From positions 1 through 64,000 of the forward strand of contig JAQBGU010000095.1 in the NCBI GenBank assembly GCA_032128375.1: a stretch of DNA of 64,000 nucleotides, written 5' to 3'. The notes below the pieces were generated by a model. It had not been told where the DNA came from and searched no databases. It saw nothing but the letters and a program-made list of their open reading frames with translations. Each line of letters begins with the position of its first letter. The first letter of the stretch is position 1. The DNA comes from Deltaproteobacteria bacterium. GTDB taxonomy: Bacteria; Myxococcota_A; UBA9160; SMWR01. The position numbers and the translations under genes are program-made. Positions 42,449 through 53,072 of the stretch are shown in pieces.

Positions 42449-43891
42449 TCAGAAGTAGCGCCGAAAGTCCCCCGACTCGAGCTTTACGAGATAGCTGTCG
42501 AGTTCGGTCTTGATGCGCCCCGATAGCAGGTAGACCCCGATCAAATTCGGAAACGCCATGCCCAGAATCATCATGTCGCCAAATTCGATCACCGCGTTGG
42601 CCTGGAGTACCGCCCCGAGCCAAACGAACAGCAGGAAAACCGCTTTGTAGGTCAAAATCGAGCGCGCCCCGAATAATTGGGCCCAACACTGTTCGCCGTA
42701 GTAACTCCACGAGATCATCGTGCTGAACGCGAACAGCACCGCAATGAACGACAATACGATCGGGAACCACGGGAAGACCGTCGCGAACGCCCATGAAGTC
42801 ATCGCGATTCCCGTTCCCGCCTCGGGGCTTTCGTGCGCACCGGTGACGACCAGCACGATGCCGGTCATCGAACACACCACAATCGTATCGATGAACGGTT
42901 CGAGCAGCGCGACGATTCCTTCGCGCATCGGTTCTTCGGTGCGCGCCGCGGCGTGAACGATGGCTGCAGAACCGGTGCCGGCCTCGTTGCTGAAGGCGGC
43001 TCGGCGGAACCCCTGTATCAGTACACCCGCGAGGCCTCCGACGCCGGCTTTCATCGAGAACGCCGAGCTGATGATGGTGCCGAAAGCTGCGCCCACGGAG
43101 CCGATGTGGGCGAGCACGATCAATAATCCGCTAGCGACGTAGATGATGCACATGAACGGTACCAGCATCGCCGCAACTTCGCCGATCCGCTTGATTCCAC
43201 CGATGATGACCGCACCGACAAGCGCCGCGAGTAGGATGCCGAAGGCCGCTGCCCCCATATTCCCTTCGAGAAACGGCAGAACGCTCGAGATTTGAGCGTA
43301 TGACTGGTTCGACTGGAACATGTTGCCGCCGCCCAGACTTCCGCCGATACACATCAGTGCAAACACCGTCGCCAGTACTTTGCCGAGCCCGCCGAGTCCG
43401 AGCTCTCCAAGCCCATCGCGGAGGTAGTGCATGGCGCCGCCCGACACGTGCCCGTCTTCTCGTGTGACGCGGTACAACTGGCCGAGTGAACACTCGGCAA
43501 ACTTCGAACTCATTCCGAGAAAGCCCGCGAAGATCATCCAGAAGACGGCACCCGGGCCACCGAGCCCCACGGCTACCGCGACGCCGGCGATGTTCCCAAG
43601 ACCGACGGTCGCAGAAAGCGCCGCCGAGAGTGCCTGGAAATGCGTGATTTCTCCGTCGGCGTCCGGAGCGGTGTAACGGCCTCGCACGCAGTCGATAGCG
43701 TGTGTGAAGGCGCGGAAGTTGATGAACTGAAACCGCAGCGTGAAGTACAGCGCACCCACGATCAGCCACAACACCGCCAGTGGGATCGACACGTCCGGGT
43801 CCCAGAACATCACGTCGAAGAAGATCACTGCCGAAAGAGGCGCGACCACGTACGTCGAAAAGAGCAGCTCGAGCGTGCTGAAAAAGTCCAC
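42449..43891 (-). CDS. Alanine/glycine:cation symporter (AGCS family)
   Basis: SATVGLGNIAGVA, GGPGAVFWM, FSNEAGTGS, EPFIDTIVVC, FAFSTMISWSYYG. Confidence 0.93.
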   Translation of the reverse strand: MDFFSTLELLFSTYVVAPLSAVIFFDVMFWDPDVSIPLAVLWLIVGALYFTLRFQFINFRAFTHAIDCVRGRYTAPDADGEITHFQALSAALSATVGLGNIAGVAVAVGLGGPGAVFWMIFAGFLGMSSKFAECSLGQLYRVTREDGHVSGGAMHYLRDGLGELGLGGLGKVLATVFALMCIGGSLGGGNMFQSNQSYAQISSVLPFLEGNMGAAAFGILLAALVGAVIIGGIKRIGEVAAMLVPFMCIIYVASGLLIVLAHIGSVGAAFGTIISSAFSMKAGVGGLAGVLIQGFRRAAFSNEAGTGSAAIVHAAARTEEPMREGIVALLEPFIDTIVVCSMTGIVLVVTGAHESPEAGTGIAMTSWAFATVFPWFPIVLSFIAVLFAFSTMISWSYYGEQCWAQLFGARSILTYKAVFLLFVWLGAVLQANAVIEFGDMMILGMAFPNLIGVYLLSGRIKTELDSYLVKLESGDFRRYF

Positions 43892-43997
43892 GTCTCCCCC
43901 TCCCCCAGCTGGTGACTGCGACTGCCGGGGCTGTGATTTCGGGGGGCCACTGGAAACAATAGCGTCCACCCGCTCGTGGCAAGCCGCAGGGCGCCGA

Positions 43998-45056
43998 TCA
44001 ATCCAGGTCGTCGCTGACTCGACCCGATAGATCGACTGACCACCGGGCTACCAACCATCGGTTGGAGACGAACCGAATCCACGGGTAGCGGTGCACGCGA
44101 TACAGCGACACGCTCAATCGAGCGGAGGTTCCTGTGTCGACACGGTCGACCCGAGCGAAGCCGAGCGCTTCGAAATCTTCGCGAATTTGCGGATTGGCGA
44201 CGCGGTTCTTGCGCCGGTTCGACCCCGCGCCCGAGATCAGATGCAGGCCGGGGTCTACACCGGACATCTCCAAGATCGACAATCGGTGTTCGTGGCCCGA
44301 AATGAACAACTGAACCGCTACGCCCGCCTCGGCGATCGCTCGCCGCATCGCTGCAAGATAGGCCGTGAACTCGGCCGATGGCGTCGGCGAGCCCGCACTT
44401 GCCATCGGGCGGTGGCCGGCAAGGATCCGCCAGGGGCCGGCGCTGTCGCGCAACGCCGCAACCAGCGGCGCGAGGTCGGCACCGGCGACAACGGCCTCGG
44501 CATCGAACAGGATCAGGCTGACGCCGCCGGCGAACTCGTGGCCCTGCGCGAGGCCCGCTGGCATCTGCCAGTTCGAAACAAACTCGCGAACGACCGATCG
44601 CTGAAGCCGAGGGCTTTCCGGCGTTTGATAATCGTGGTTTCCGAGCACAGCGAACAGTGGCAGCGACCGTTTGTCTCGGCTGCACGAGACCCCGACTTCG
44701 CCGTAGCGCATGCCGTCGGTAGCCACGAAGCGACAAAACGGCCGGACCAGATTCGCCCGCACGCGGGCGACGAGCTCGGATGTTTTCAAACCATCGGGGT
44801 AGAAATTGTCCCCCAACAAGAGCAACGCGGTCGCCGGGTACTCTTCGTCTGCGTCCGCCATCGCCTGGGTGACGGCGAGCATGCGCGGGTAATCGACGTC
44901 ATCCGATGGCGGCGCGCCCGTGTCACCCACGGCGAGCAGCGAGAAAACGCTCACGTGCGTGTTCGGACCTTCGCCACAGCCGGTGGCGAGCGCGCAGACT
45001 ACTGCGGCAATGCGGAGCCGTCTTTCGATTCGGGTCAACGATGCGCAACGTACCAC
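43998..45056 (-). CDS. Exported metallophosphoesterase (acid-phosphatase-like), probable lipoprotein
   Basis: ATGC lipobox; GDTG, LGDNFY, LGNHD, GH, SGHEH, SGAGS. Confidence 0.85.
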   Translation of the reverse strand: MVRCASLTRIERRLRIAAVVCALATGCGEGPNTHVSVFSLLAVGDTGAPPSDDVDYPRMLAVTQAMADADEEYPATALLLLGDNFYPDGLKTSELVARVRANLVRPFCRFVATDGMRYGEVGVSCSRDKRSLPLFAVLGNHDYQTPESPRLQRSVVREFVSNWQMPAGLAQGHEFAGGVSLILFDAEAVVAGADLAPLVAALRDSAGPWRILAGHRPMASAGSPTPSAEFTAYLAAMRRAIAEAGVAVQLFISGHEHRLSILEMSGVDPGLHLISGAGSNRRKNRVANPQIREDFEALGFARVDRVDTGTSARLSVSLYRVHRYPWIRFVSNRWLVARWSVDLSGRVSDDLD

Positions 45057-45107
45057 GGCCGCGCTGGGTGCGGAGCACAGGACCCCTCACCTATGCTCGC
45101 CGACCCC

Positions 45108-47339
45108 ATGACGGATTCAAGCCTGGAAGCAACCCCCGGATCGAAACCATCAAACCAGGTCGAGCAGACGACGCTGTCCGAACACGCGTCGAAGGCGCTG
45201 CTGGCAAACTACGGGGTTTTGATTGGCCGCGAGACGCTGGTGGAGACCCCGGCTGATGCCGCCCGAGCTGCGCAAGAACTCGGTTTTCCGGTTGTTTTGA
45301 AGCTGTGCGGAGATGCCATCGCGCACAAGACCGAGCGCGATCTGGTGCGCTTGAACCTCTCCGACCCCGCGGGGGTGCAGGCTGCAGCCGAAGAACTGCT
45401 GTCACGCCGCCGCCCGGAAGATGGGGATGTGGGCCTGCTGGTCGCCGAGATGGTGCGCGGCAACCGCGAATTGATCGCTGGCCTCGTCCGGGACCCGCAA
45501 TTGGGACCCTGCGTGATGCTCGGAATCGGCGGGATCCTCGCCGAGGCGTTGGGCGATGTGGTCTTTGCAGCGGCGCCGATCGATGAGCGCGATGCGCTCC
45601 GGATGTTGCGTGGTCTAGCGATGAGCCATCTGCTGACCGAACCGTTTCGCGGCGATCCGCCCGTAGATGAAGCGGCGCTCGCCCGGACACTGGTGGGTCT
45701 CGGCCGGCTGGCGGTCGAAAGGCCCGACGTCGCGAGTGTCGATCTGAATCCGCTGATCGTTCGCGGCGGAACACCGGTGGCCGTGGACGCGCTGGTCGTA
45801 CTCGACACCGGATCGGCGCAACGGCCATCCACTGAGGTAGCAGTCCCCGAGAGGCCGCCGACGGAGCAAGAGATCGCGGCGTTGCTCGAGCGCTTTCGGC
45901 CGCTGTTCAGTCCGCGTGGGATCATTGTGGCCGGTGCATCCACTCACCCGGGAAAGTTCGGCTTCGCAACACTCCACAACCTGCGCCGGTTCGGCTACAC
46001 GGGCGAAATCTACGCGATCAACCGCGAAGGCACAGATGTGCTGGGACAACCCACATTCCGCGAAGTTGCTGAGATTCCCGAAGACGCGGCGGATCTGGTG
46101 TTCGTGTGTACACCGAACAAGGTCAATATCGAACTCTTGCGCGATTGCGCGAAAAAGGGGGTTCGGGCGGCCTTTGTTGCGAGTGCGGGGTACGGGGAAG
46201 CCGGAGAGGAAGGACGCGCACTCGAGCGCGAACTCGTCGACACGGCCGACGAACTCGGCATGCTGTTGGCGGGTCCCAATGGTCAGGGTGTGATCTCGAC
46301 ATCGGTATCGATGTGTGCCCAGATCGTTCCACCGTATCCTCCCGCCGGGCGAATCGCAGTCGTCAGCCAGAGCGGCAATCTGGTTTCGTCGTTTCTGAAT
46401 TATGCGGTCGAGACGGGCGTGGGGATCAGCAAGGCCATCTCGTGCGGCAACCAGGGCCAGACCCGACTCGCAGATTTCCTTCAGTACTTCGGAGCGGACC
46501 CGGACACGGACGTCGCACTCGCCTACTTGGAGGGGCTCCCGGATGGGCGCCACTTCATAGAGGTGGTGCGGGCATTGACCGCCCGAAAACCGCTCGTACT
46601 GGTCAAGGCAGGGGTCGCGGTCGAAGGGCAGCGCGCCGCCGCGAGCCATACCGGCTCGCTCGCGACCGACGACCGCATTTTCGACGGGATCTGTCATCAA
46701 CTCGGGGTTTTGCGCGCGCCGACGATCGAGGATGCGTTCGAATGGGCGGCCACACTCGCCACCCAGCCGCTGCCGCGGGGACGACGCGTGGTCGTGTTTA
46801 CTACGGTCGGCGGTTGGGGGGTGCTGGCGGCCGACGCCTGCGCGGCTTCGGGACTCTCGTTGATCACTTTACCCGAAGAAATTCGCACCAAGATCGACAC
46901 GTTGGTTCCCGCGCGCTGGAGCCGCAACAACCCGATCGACCTGGCGGGCGGCGAGACGCGCGAGACGATCCCCGAGGTTCTCGATTTGATCTGCGGCCAT
47001 CGAGAGGTCGACGCGGTCATCCATCTCGGGGTCGGGATTCAGGCCGCGTCGGCGATCGCGATGAAGACCGGCGAGTTCTACCCCGATCACGGCCTCGAGC
47101 GCATCGTCGCGTTCCACGAACGCCAGGACCGTCGCTACGCCGAGGCCGCGCGCGAGTGTTCAGAGCGCTACGGCAAGCCGGTCTTGTCTGCGAGCGAACT
47201 GGTCCACACCGATGTATCGCGGCAAAACACCGGGCCGGCCGGTGTTCGCGCTGAGGGCCGCGTGTGCTATGCGAGCGCACATCGCGCCGTGCGCGCGCTG
47301 CGCGCGCTCGTCGATTACGCGGAGTTCCGAGCGATTTGA
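45108..47339 (+). CDS. ADP-forming acyl-CoA synthetase (acetate--CoA ligase family), beta-alpha fusion
   Basis: N-terminal ATP-grasp (GFPVVLK, AHKTE, DLNPL); then GPNGQG, SQSG, ASHTG, NPIDL. Confidence 0.88.
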   Translation: MTDSSLEATPGSKPSNQVEQTTLSEHASKALLANYGVLIGRETLVETPADAARAAQELGFPVVLKLCGDAIAHKTERDLVRLNLSDPAGVQAAAEELLSRRRPEDGDVGLLVAEMVRGNRELIAGLVRDPQLGPCVMLGIGGILAEALGDVVFAAAPIDERDALRMLRGLAMSHLLTEPFRGDPPVDEAALARTLVGLGRLAVERPDVASVDLNPLIVRGGTPVAVDALVVLDTGSAQRPSTEVAVPERPPTEQEIAALLERFRPLFSPRGIIVAGASTHPGKFGFATLHNLRRFGYTGEIYAINREGTDVLGQPTFREVAEIPEDAADLVFVCTPNKVNIELLRDCAKKGVRAAFVASAGYGEAGEEGRALERELVDTADELGMLLAGPNGQGVISTSVSMCAQIVPPYPPAGRIAVVSQSGNLVSSFLNYAVETGVGISKAISCGNQGQTRLADFLQYFGADPDTDVALAYLEGLPDGRHFIEVVRALTARKPLVLVKAGVAVEGQRAAASHTGSLATDDRIFDGICHQLGVLRAPTIEDAFEWAATLATQPLPRGRRVVVFTTVGGWGVLAADACAASGLSLITLPEEIRTKIDTLVPARWSRNNPIDLAGGETRETIPEVLDLICGHREVDAVIHLGVGIQAASAIAMKTGEFYPDHGLERIVAFHERQDRRYAEAARECSERYGKPVLSASELVHTDVSRQNTGPAGVRAEGRVCYASAHRAVRALRALVDYAEFRAI

Positions 47340-47403
47340 CCAGTCAGCCGGCGTCGTTTCGCAATGCAGCGCGTGGTGGCGAAGCAGGTGAGCGAGTGTG
47401 TGG

Positions 47404-48204
47404 CTATCCGAAAATTTTCGGATCGACCTCCACGCCCACAGGACAGTGATCCGAGCCCATCACTCTCGGGTAGATCGCCGCGCTGCGAACGAACTTCATC
47501 GCGGCCGGAGAGGCCAGCACCATGTCGAGCCGCCAACCGATATTTTTCTTTCGAACGTCGAACCGCTGGCTCCACCACGAATAGTGACCGGGTCCCGGTT
47601 CGAAGTGGCGGAACGTGTCGGTCCATCCGGCCGCAAGCCAGCGGTCGAGTTCGGCGCACTCTGTTGGCAAGAACCCGCTGGTTTTTCGATTGGCTTGGGG
47701 TCTGGCGAGGTCGATTTCGCGGTGTGCCGTATTGAAGTCACCCATCACGAGTACGCGGGCGCCAGCGCCGCGAATGCGCTCGAGTTCGGCGAACAGGGTC
47801 CGGTAGAATTCGAGTTTGAATGCGACCCGGCTGTTATCGCGGGCTTTGCCGTTGCCATTTGGAAAGTAGACGTTGGCGACGACAAGCCGACCGAAGCTCG
47901 CCAATTGGACGCGGCCCTCGCGATCGAATTTCGTCTTGTGAAGCGTCGAGTCGATCCGATCCGGCGCGCGGCGCGCGAACAAGCCAACGCCGCTGTAGCC
48001 TTTGCGTTCGGCCGGATTGAATGCAGTGTGCCAGCGTTTCGGAGCGGCCACCGTCCTGGGCAGCTGCTCTGCGGTTGCACGCACTTCCTGGACGCCGACG
48101 ATTTCGGCGCCGCAACGTCCCAACCAGCGCGTGAACCCCTTGGTCGCGCAGGCGCGCAGACCGTTCACATTCCAGGACAAGATCTTGGTCAGGTCGTCAG
48201 ACAT
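47404..48204 (-). CDS. xth: Exodeoxyribonuclease III
   Basis: SWNVNGLRA, GYSGV, EGR, YFPNG, GDFNTAH, GWRLD, SDHCP. Confidence 0.95.
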   Translation of the reverse strand: MSDDLTKILSWNVNGLRACATKGFTRWLGRCGAEIVGVQEVRATAEQLPRTVAAPKRWHTAFNPAERKGYSGVGLFARRAPDRIDSTLHKTKFDREGRVQLASFGRLVVANVYFPNGNGKARDNSRVAFKLEFYRTLFAELERIRGAGARVLVMGDFNTAHREIDLARPQANRKTSGFLPTECAELDRWLAAGWTDTFRHFEPGPGHYSWWSQRFDVRKKNIGWRLDMVLASPAAMKFVRSAAIYPRVMGSDHCPVGVEVDPKIFG

Positions 48205-48244
48205 GTTCACGGATGGTGTTCGAGCACAACACAGGAAAATAGAA

Positions 48245-50179
48245 TCAGATGTCCGACGACAGGTAGGTGTATCCTTCGAGCCCCTGCTCGTAACGCTCGA
48301 GCAGGCGCGCAGACTCCTCCTCGCTGATCTGTCCGCCGGCCTTCGCCCGCTCGATGATGTCGCGAACCTTGTCGATCAGGTTGTGCTTGTCGTACTGCAC
48401 GTAGGCCAGCACCTCTTCTACTGAGTCTCCTTCCACGGTATGGTCGACGACATAGCTGCCACCCTCCCCGAGTCTGACATGTACCGCATCGGTGTCTCCA
48501 AACAGGTTGTGGAGGTCGCCGAGGATCTCCTGGTATGCGCCGACCAGGAACAATCCAATGTAATAGGGGCTGCCGTTCCAGGCATGCAACTCGAGCACGT
48601 CCTTGACATCGCGCTCATCGATGAAGTGGTTGATCTTGCCATCGCTGTCGCAGGTGAGGTCTGCGAAAACACCGCGCCGGGTGGGCCGTTCGCCGAGACG
48701 CTGGATCGGCATCACCGGAAAGAGTTGATCGACCGCCCAGTGGTCCGGCGCGCTCTGGAACACCGAGAAGTTGCCATAGTAGGTGTCAGCGAGACTTTTC
48801 TCGAGATCTTCGAGGTCTTCTGGCACGTGCGGCATGTCGCGGACCGTCCGCAAGATCTTCTCACAGCAGTGCCAGAACATTTCGTCGGCACGCGCGCGCC
48901 CGCGCAGGTCGAGGTAGCCCAGCGAAAACAGCTTCGCCGCCTCCCCTCTGAGGTGTAGCGCGTCGTGGTACGACTCTTGGACGGTCTTGCGCGAGATGGA
49001 CGTGCTGATCGCTGCGAAATCGCGCAGGATCTTGAGTGCGGGCGAGCCGTCGTCCTTCGCGGCATCGCCGTCGAGTTCGGGTGAACGGGGCGGTAGCCCG
49101 GTACTCGCCATTTCTTGCACACCCAGAACGTCGAAGATCAGCACGGAGTGATGGGCGACCATCGCCCGACCCGATTCCGTCACGATGTCGGGGTGCGGCA
49201 CGTCGGCTTCGTCGCAGGATTCTTGGATGAACGCGACGACGTCATTTGCGTACTCCTGCATCGAGTAGTTCTTGGACGAGTGAAAATTGGTTCGCGAGCC
49301 GTCGTAGTCCACGCCCAGCCCTCCTCCGACGTCGATCAACGTTGGGGTGGCTCCCATCTCGTGGAGGCCGACGAAAATTCGGCTGCCTTCGGCCAACGCG
49401 TCCTTGTGTGCTCTTGCGGCAGTGATCTGGCTCCCGATGTGAAAGTGCAGCAGTTCTACGCAATCGAGCATGTCTTCTGTGCTGAGTCGGTCGATCGCAT
49501 CGACGATCTCGATCGATGACAGGCCGAACTTCGACCGATCACCGGTGGAATCGACCCAGCGACCCGCGCCGCGCGTGCTCAGCCTCGCACGCAGCCCCAG
49601 GTGGGGACGGATCGAAAGCTCACGGGAAGTCTTGATTACGAGATCGATCTCGGAAAAGCGGTCGATGACGACTACCGGCACGCGACCGAGTCGCTGAGCG
49701 AGAAGGGCCGTTTCCACGTACGCGCGGTCCTTGTAACCATTGCAGATGATCAGCGCGTCTGGGGTATCGAGCAATGCCAGAGCCACGAGCAGTTCGGGTT
49801 TGCTGCCCGCTTCGAGTCCAATCCCGACCGATGCGCCGAACTGGATGATTTCTTCGACTACGTGCCGCTGCTGGTTGACCTTGATCGGGTACACCCCGCG
49901 GTATCCGCCAGCGTAGCCATAACTATCGATCGCACGCTGAAACGAATCGCCAAGGCTCTGGATCCGAGTGGCGAGGATGTCCGAGAACCGGATCAACATC
50001 GGTGAGCGAACGCCGCGATTCTGGAGATCTTGCACGAGCTCGCACATGTCGATCCGGCGAAGGTCGCCTCCCCGCGGTATGACCTCGAGGTTTCCTTTCG
50101 CGTTGATGTCGAAGAAACCCGCGCCCCAGTTGGGTACACTGTATAGTTCGAGACTGTCGCGAATCGTCCATGAGCGCAT
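48245..50179 (-). CDS. speA: Biosynthetic arginine decarboxylase
   Basis: GVYPIKVNQ, EAGSKPEL, LHFHIGSQI, DVGGGLGVDYDG, DLTCDSDG, GAYQEILGDLHNLFG. Confidence 0.96.
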   Translation of the reverse strand: MRSWTIRDSLELYSVPNWGAGFFDINAKGNLEVIPRGGDLRRIDMCELVQDLQNRGVRSPMLIRFSDILATRIQSLGDSFQRAIDSYGYAGGYRGVYPIKVNQQRHVVEEIIQFGASVGIGLEAGSKPELLVALALLDTPDALIICNGYKDRAYVETALLAQRLGRVPVVVIDRFSEIDLVIKTSRELSIRPHLGLRARLSTRGAGRWVDSTGDRSKFGLSSIEIVDAIDRLSTEDMLDCVELLHFHIGSQITAARAHKDALAEGSRIFVGLHEMGATPTLIDVGGGLGVDYDGSRTNFHSSKNYSMQEYANDVVAFIQESCDEADVPHPDIVTESGRAMVAHHSVLIFDVLGVQEMASTGLPPRSPELDGDAAKDDGSPALKILRDFAAISTSISRKTVQESYHDALHLRGEAAKLFSLGYLDLRGRARADEMFWHCCEKILRTVRDMPHVPEDLEDLEKSLADTYYGNFSVFQSAPDHWAVDQLFPVMPIQRLGERPTRRGVFADLTCDSDGKINHFIDERDVKDVLELHAWNGSPYYIGLFLVGAYQEILGDLHNLFGDTDAVHVRLGEGGSYVVDHTVEGDSVEEVLAYVQYDKHNLIDKVRDIIERAKAGGQISEEESARLLERYEQGLEGYTYLSSDI

Positions 50180-50181
50180 GG

Positions 50182-51462
50182 TCAATTGGGGATCGGGATG
50201 CTTCGCTGTTGACTGTTCGACAGGTCGCGAACCAGCACTTCGCCACGCGCGAGTTCATCTGGACCGATCAGGTAGACTTCGCGCGCTCCGGCCTTGTCGG
50301 CGTCGGCGAGCACTCGCTTGAGTCGCTGCGCGCCGAGCACGATCTCGACGGATTGTCCCTCGCCGCGCAGGACGCTCGCGACCTGCACGGCCACTCGACG
50401 TTCGGTTTCGCCGAATGGATAGACGACTGCATCGAGACCACGCGATAGCTTCGGCAGCCGCTGCTTGTCGGCGAGCAACTCGGTGATCACGACGTCGCCG
50501 AACCCAAAGCCCACGGCTGGAATGGAAGGGCCGCCGAGCGTCTCGAGCAGGCCGTCGTAGCGACCGCCTCCGCACACCGCGCGAAGCTCGCGTCGGGTGT
50601 CGAACGCCTCGAAGACCACACCTGTGTAATAGGCGAGGCCCCGAACAATCGATGCATCGAACACCACGCGGTCGCGATACCCGTAGACGTCGAGCAGCTC
50701 GAACAGCCGTTTCAGTTCCCGCAAGCCAGTCGAGTCTGCGGGGACCAGCTTTTCGACTTCATCCAGATCTCGGGTCTCGAGCCACGAGACGACGAAGTGA
50801 GCGTCGGGCGCCGCCAGTGCTACCGGACCGGCGGGGTCTATGAGCAGGTCGGCGACTGCGTCGGAACCGATCTTGTCGAGTTTGTCGATTGCGATGCACA
50901 GTGCCGCAAACACCTCGGGACGATCCCGCAGCACGCTTTCGCGCAGGGTTTCCTCGAGGACTGAGCGGCTGCTCACGCGGATCTTCACCGCGTCGCCCCC
51001 GAGACCGATCCGGTCCAGTAAATGGAAGATGGATGCGATCAGTTCCGCTTCGGCCGTGACATCCGGTTCGCCCCAGATATCCATGTTCCATTGGTAGTGC
51101 TCTCGCTTCCGGCCGCGGGTCATCCGCTCGTAGCGCCAACACTGCGGCAAGCTGAACCAGCGCAGCGGCATGCGCAGCGCGCCGGCGCGGGCCATCACCA
51201 TTCGGGCGATCTGCGGCGTGATTTCGGGGCGAAGTGTCAGATGTCGATCGTGGAGTTCGAAGTGGTAGAGCTGCTCGACGATCTCTTCGCCCGCCTTGCG
51301 CGTGAACAGCTCTGCGTGCTCGAGCACCGGCGCGTCAACTTGTTCGAAACCGAACAAGCGCGCCGTTTCGCTGAAGTGACCCAATAGCCAATTTCGCAGG
51401 CGTAAATCGTCCGGGTAGAAGTCCCGAGTTCCGCGCGGTGGTTGGAGATGATCTTGGGCCAT
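50182..51462 (-). CDS. hisS: Histidine--tRNA ligase
   Basis: PRGTRDF, LRPEIT, WRYER, RGLAYYTG, GGGRYD, GFGFG. Confidence 0.95.
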   Translation of the reverse strand: MAQDHLQPPRGTRDFYPDDLRLRNWLLGHFSETARLFGFEQVDAPVLEHAELFTRKAGEEIVEQLYHFELHDRHLTLRPEITPQIARMVMARAGALRMPLRWFSLPQCWRYERMTRGRKREHYQWNMDIWGEPDVTAEAELIASIFHLLDRIGLGGDAVKIRVSSRSVLEETLRESVLRDRPEVFAALCIAIDKLDKIGSDAVADLLIDPAGPVALAAPDAHFVVSWLETRDLDEVEKLVPADSTGLRELKRLFELLDVYGYRDRVVFDASIVRGLAYYTGVVFEAFDTRRELRAVCGGGRYDGLLETLGGPSIPAVGFGFGDVVITELLADKQRLPKLSRGLDAVVYPFGETERRVAVQVASVLRGEGQSVEIVLGAQRLKRVLADADKAGAREVYLIGPDELARGEVLVRDLSNSQQRSIPIPN

Positions 51463-51626
51463 AGCGGTCGCACATCTTCGCACGCTTGGAGAAGAAATCG
51501 ACGCTCGATCGCCAAAGGCTGCCAGCAGCGCTCCAGATTGCTGTCGATTGGCCGAAGATGTTGCTACCTCTTCGAGCCTTCGCGCGATCCTCGCGTCAGC
51601 CGCGTCCACGAATTACAGGAGTCAAC

Positions 51627-52979
51627 ATGTCGATTCGAAGTGCAGCCATCCTTGCGACGATCGTGGCCGCGCTGGCCTGCGGCGCCGACGAGTCACCCAA
51701 GTCGGCCGTCGCTCCGCCGGCGCAGCCCACCCCGACGGCTGCCGCGCCACCAGAGGCCGCAGCACAGAACGCACCACGGGCGGCGGCGCCAACGACGGCG
51801 GATTCGCTCCCGAATGGGATCGTGCTCGCGCTCGCACAGTTCGTCTCTGAAAAGGACGACGCTGGCAAGAGTTCGATCGTCCCTGGGCCCGCCCGTGCGG
51901 AATTCCTGTTCCGCCGCGACGGACAGTGGCAAACCACCGCACTCGAGGATCCGGACAGCAACGTCTTTCACAAGGTCATGGTTTACGACTCGGGGACGGG
52001 GCCGACGCTCCTCACGCTCGGCGGTAACGAAGCAATCCTGCGCAGCTGGGCGCCGGTCGACGGAATCTTGGTGCCCACCGACCTGTGGCGAAAAGACTTC
52101 GGAGGCAAGTGGAGCCGAATGCGAGACGCCGAGGTGGTCGATATCGACGGCGACGGCAAGGCGGAACTCGCGGTTGCGACGCATGACCAGGGCGTGGTCG
52201 CCATCGTGAAGCCGGCTGCGGACGGATTTGCGGTTTCCGAGATCGATTCTCGGCCCGACACCTTCGTTCACGAGATCGAAATTGGCGACCTCGACGCCGA
52301 TGGCATTCCGGAAATCTATGCAACACCCAGCGAGCCGAATCGATTGGACGGGTCGCCACAACGGGGCGAAGTCGTCCGCTACATCCCGGCGAAGGGGAAC
52401 GAGCGCGTCGTGGTCGCCGATCTCGGTGATCGGCACGCCAAGGAAATCCTGGTCGCGGATGTCGATGGGGATGGTATCGATGAACTCTACGTGTCGATCG
52501 AGGGCGAAACCGAAGGCAAGGGCGCGAGCCGGCGCATCAAGTCCCCTGTCGAGATTCGGCGTTACGGGCCAGATACGCCCGCTACCGAAGGAGTCGTGAT
52601 CGCCACGCTGCAGGACTCGCTGAGTCGATTCCTGACCGTCGGAGACATCGATGGCGACGGGAAGCGGGAGATGGTCGTCGCCACGTTCAGTATGGGATTA
52701 TGGCTGTTTAGGCCCACTTTGGATCTCTCAAAGCCCTGGACGCGCAAACTGATCGACCGCGATTCGGCCGGCTTCGAACACGCGTCAATCCTGACCGATT
52801 TGGACGAGGACGGAATCGACGAATTGTATGTGGCCAGCGACAAGCACAAGGAAGTCCGGCGCTACGTCTGGAACGGCACACAGGTGGTCCGCGAGACGAT
52901 CTACACGCGACCCGACGATCGCCCGATCTTCACATGGAACCTGATGCCGGTGCCCGTCAGCCTGATCCCGGGCAGCTAG
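51627..52979 (+). CDS. FG-GAP/VCBS-repeat lipoprotein (beta-propeller)
   Basis: Lipobox ALAC, Pro/Ala linker, five D.DGDG..E-type repeats. Confidence 0.8.
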   Translation: MSIRSAAILATIVAALACGADESPKSAVAPPAQPTPTAAAPPEAAAQNAPRAAAPTTADSLPNGIVLALAQFVSEKDDAGKSSIVPGPARAEFLFRRDGQWQTTALEDPDSNVFHKVMVYDSGTGPTLLTLGGNEAILRSWAPVDGILVPTDLWRKDFGGKWSRMRDAEVVDIDGDGKAELAVATHDQGVVAIVKPAADGFAVSEIDSRPDTFVHEIEIGDLDADGIPEIYATPSEPNRLDGSPQRGEVVRYIPAKGNERVVVADLGDRHAKEILVADVDGDGIDELYVSIEGETEGKGASRRIKSPVEIRRYGPDTPATEGVVIATLQDSLSRFLTVGDIDGDGKREMVVATFSMGLWLFRPTLDLSKPWTRKLIDRDSAGFEHASILTDLDEDGIDELYVASDKHKEVRRYVWNGTQVVRETIYTRPDDRPIFTWNLMPVPVSLIPGS

Positions 52980-53072
52980 ATTCGCGGTCGCCGCCCTGCG
53001 CCGAAACCCGCTACTGCGTCGCCGACCCAGCTTGGGCCGGGCTACCGGGCTCGACCGCAGGCTCCAACCGGT

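Noticed and set aside
44091..45107. N-terminal extensions in the ORF track (acyl-CoA synthetase; also typA, clpP, hisS and HIT)
   Set aside because: They overlap neighbouring genes or lack family similarity; downstream starts fit better.
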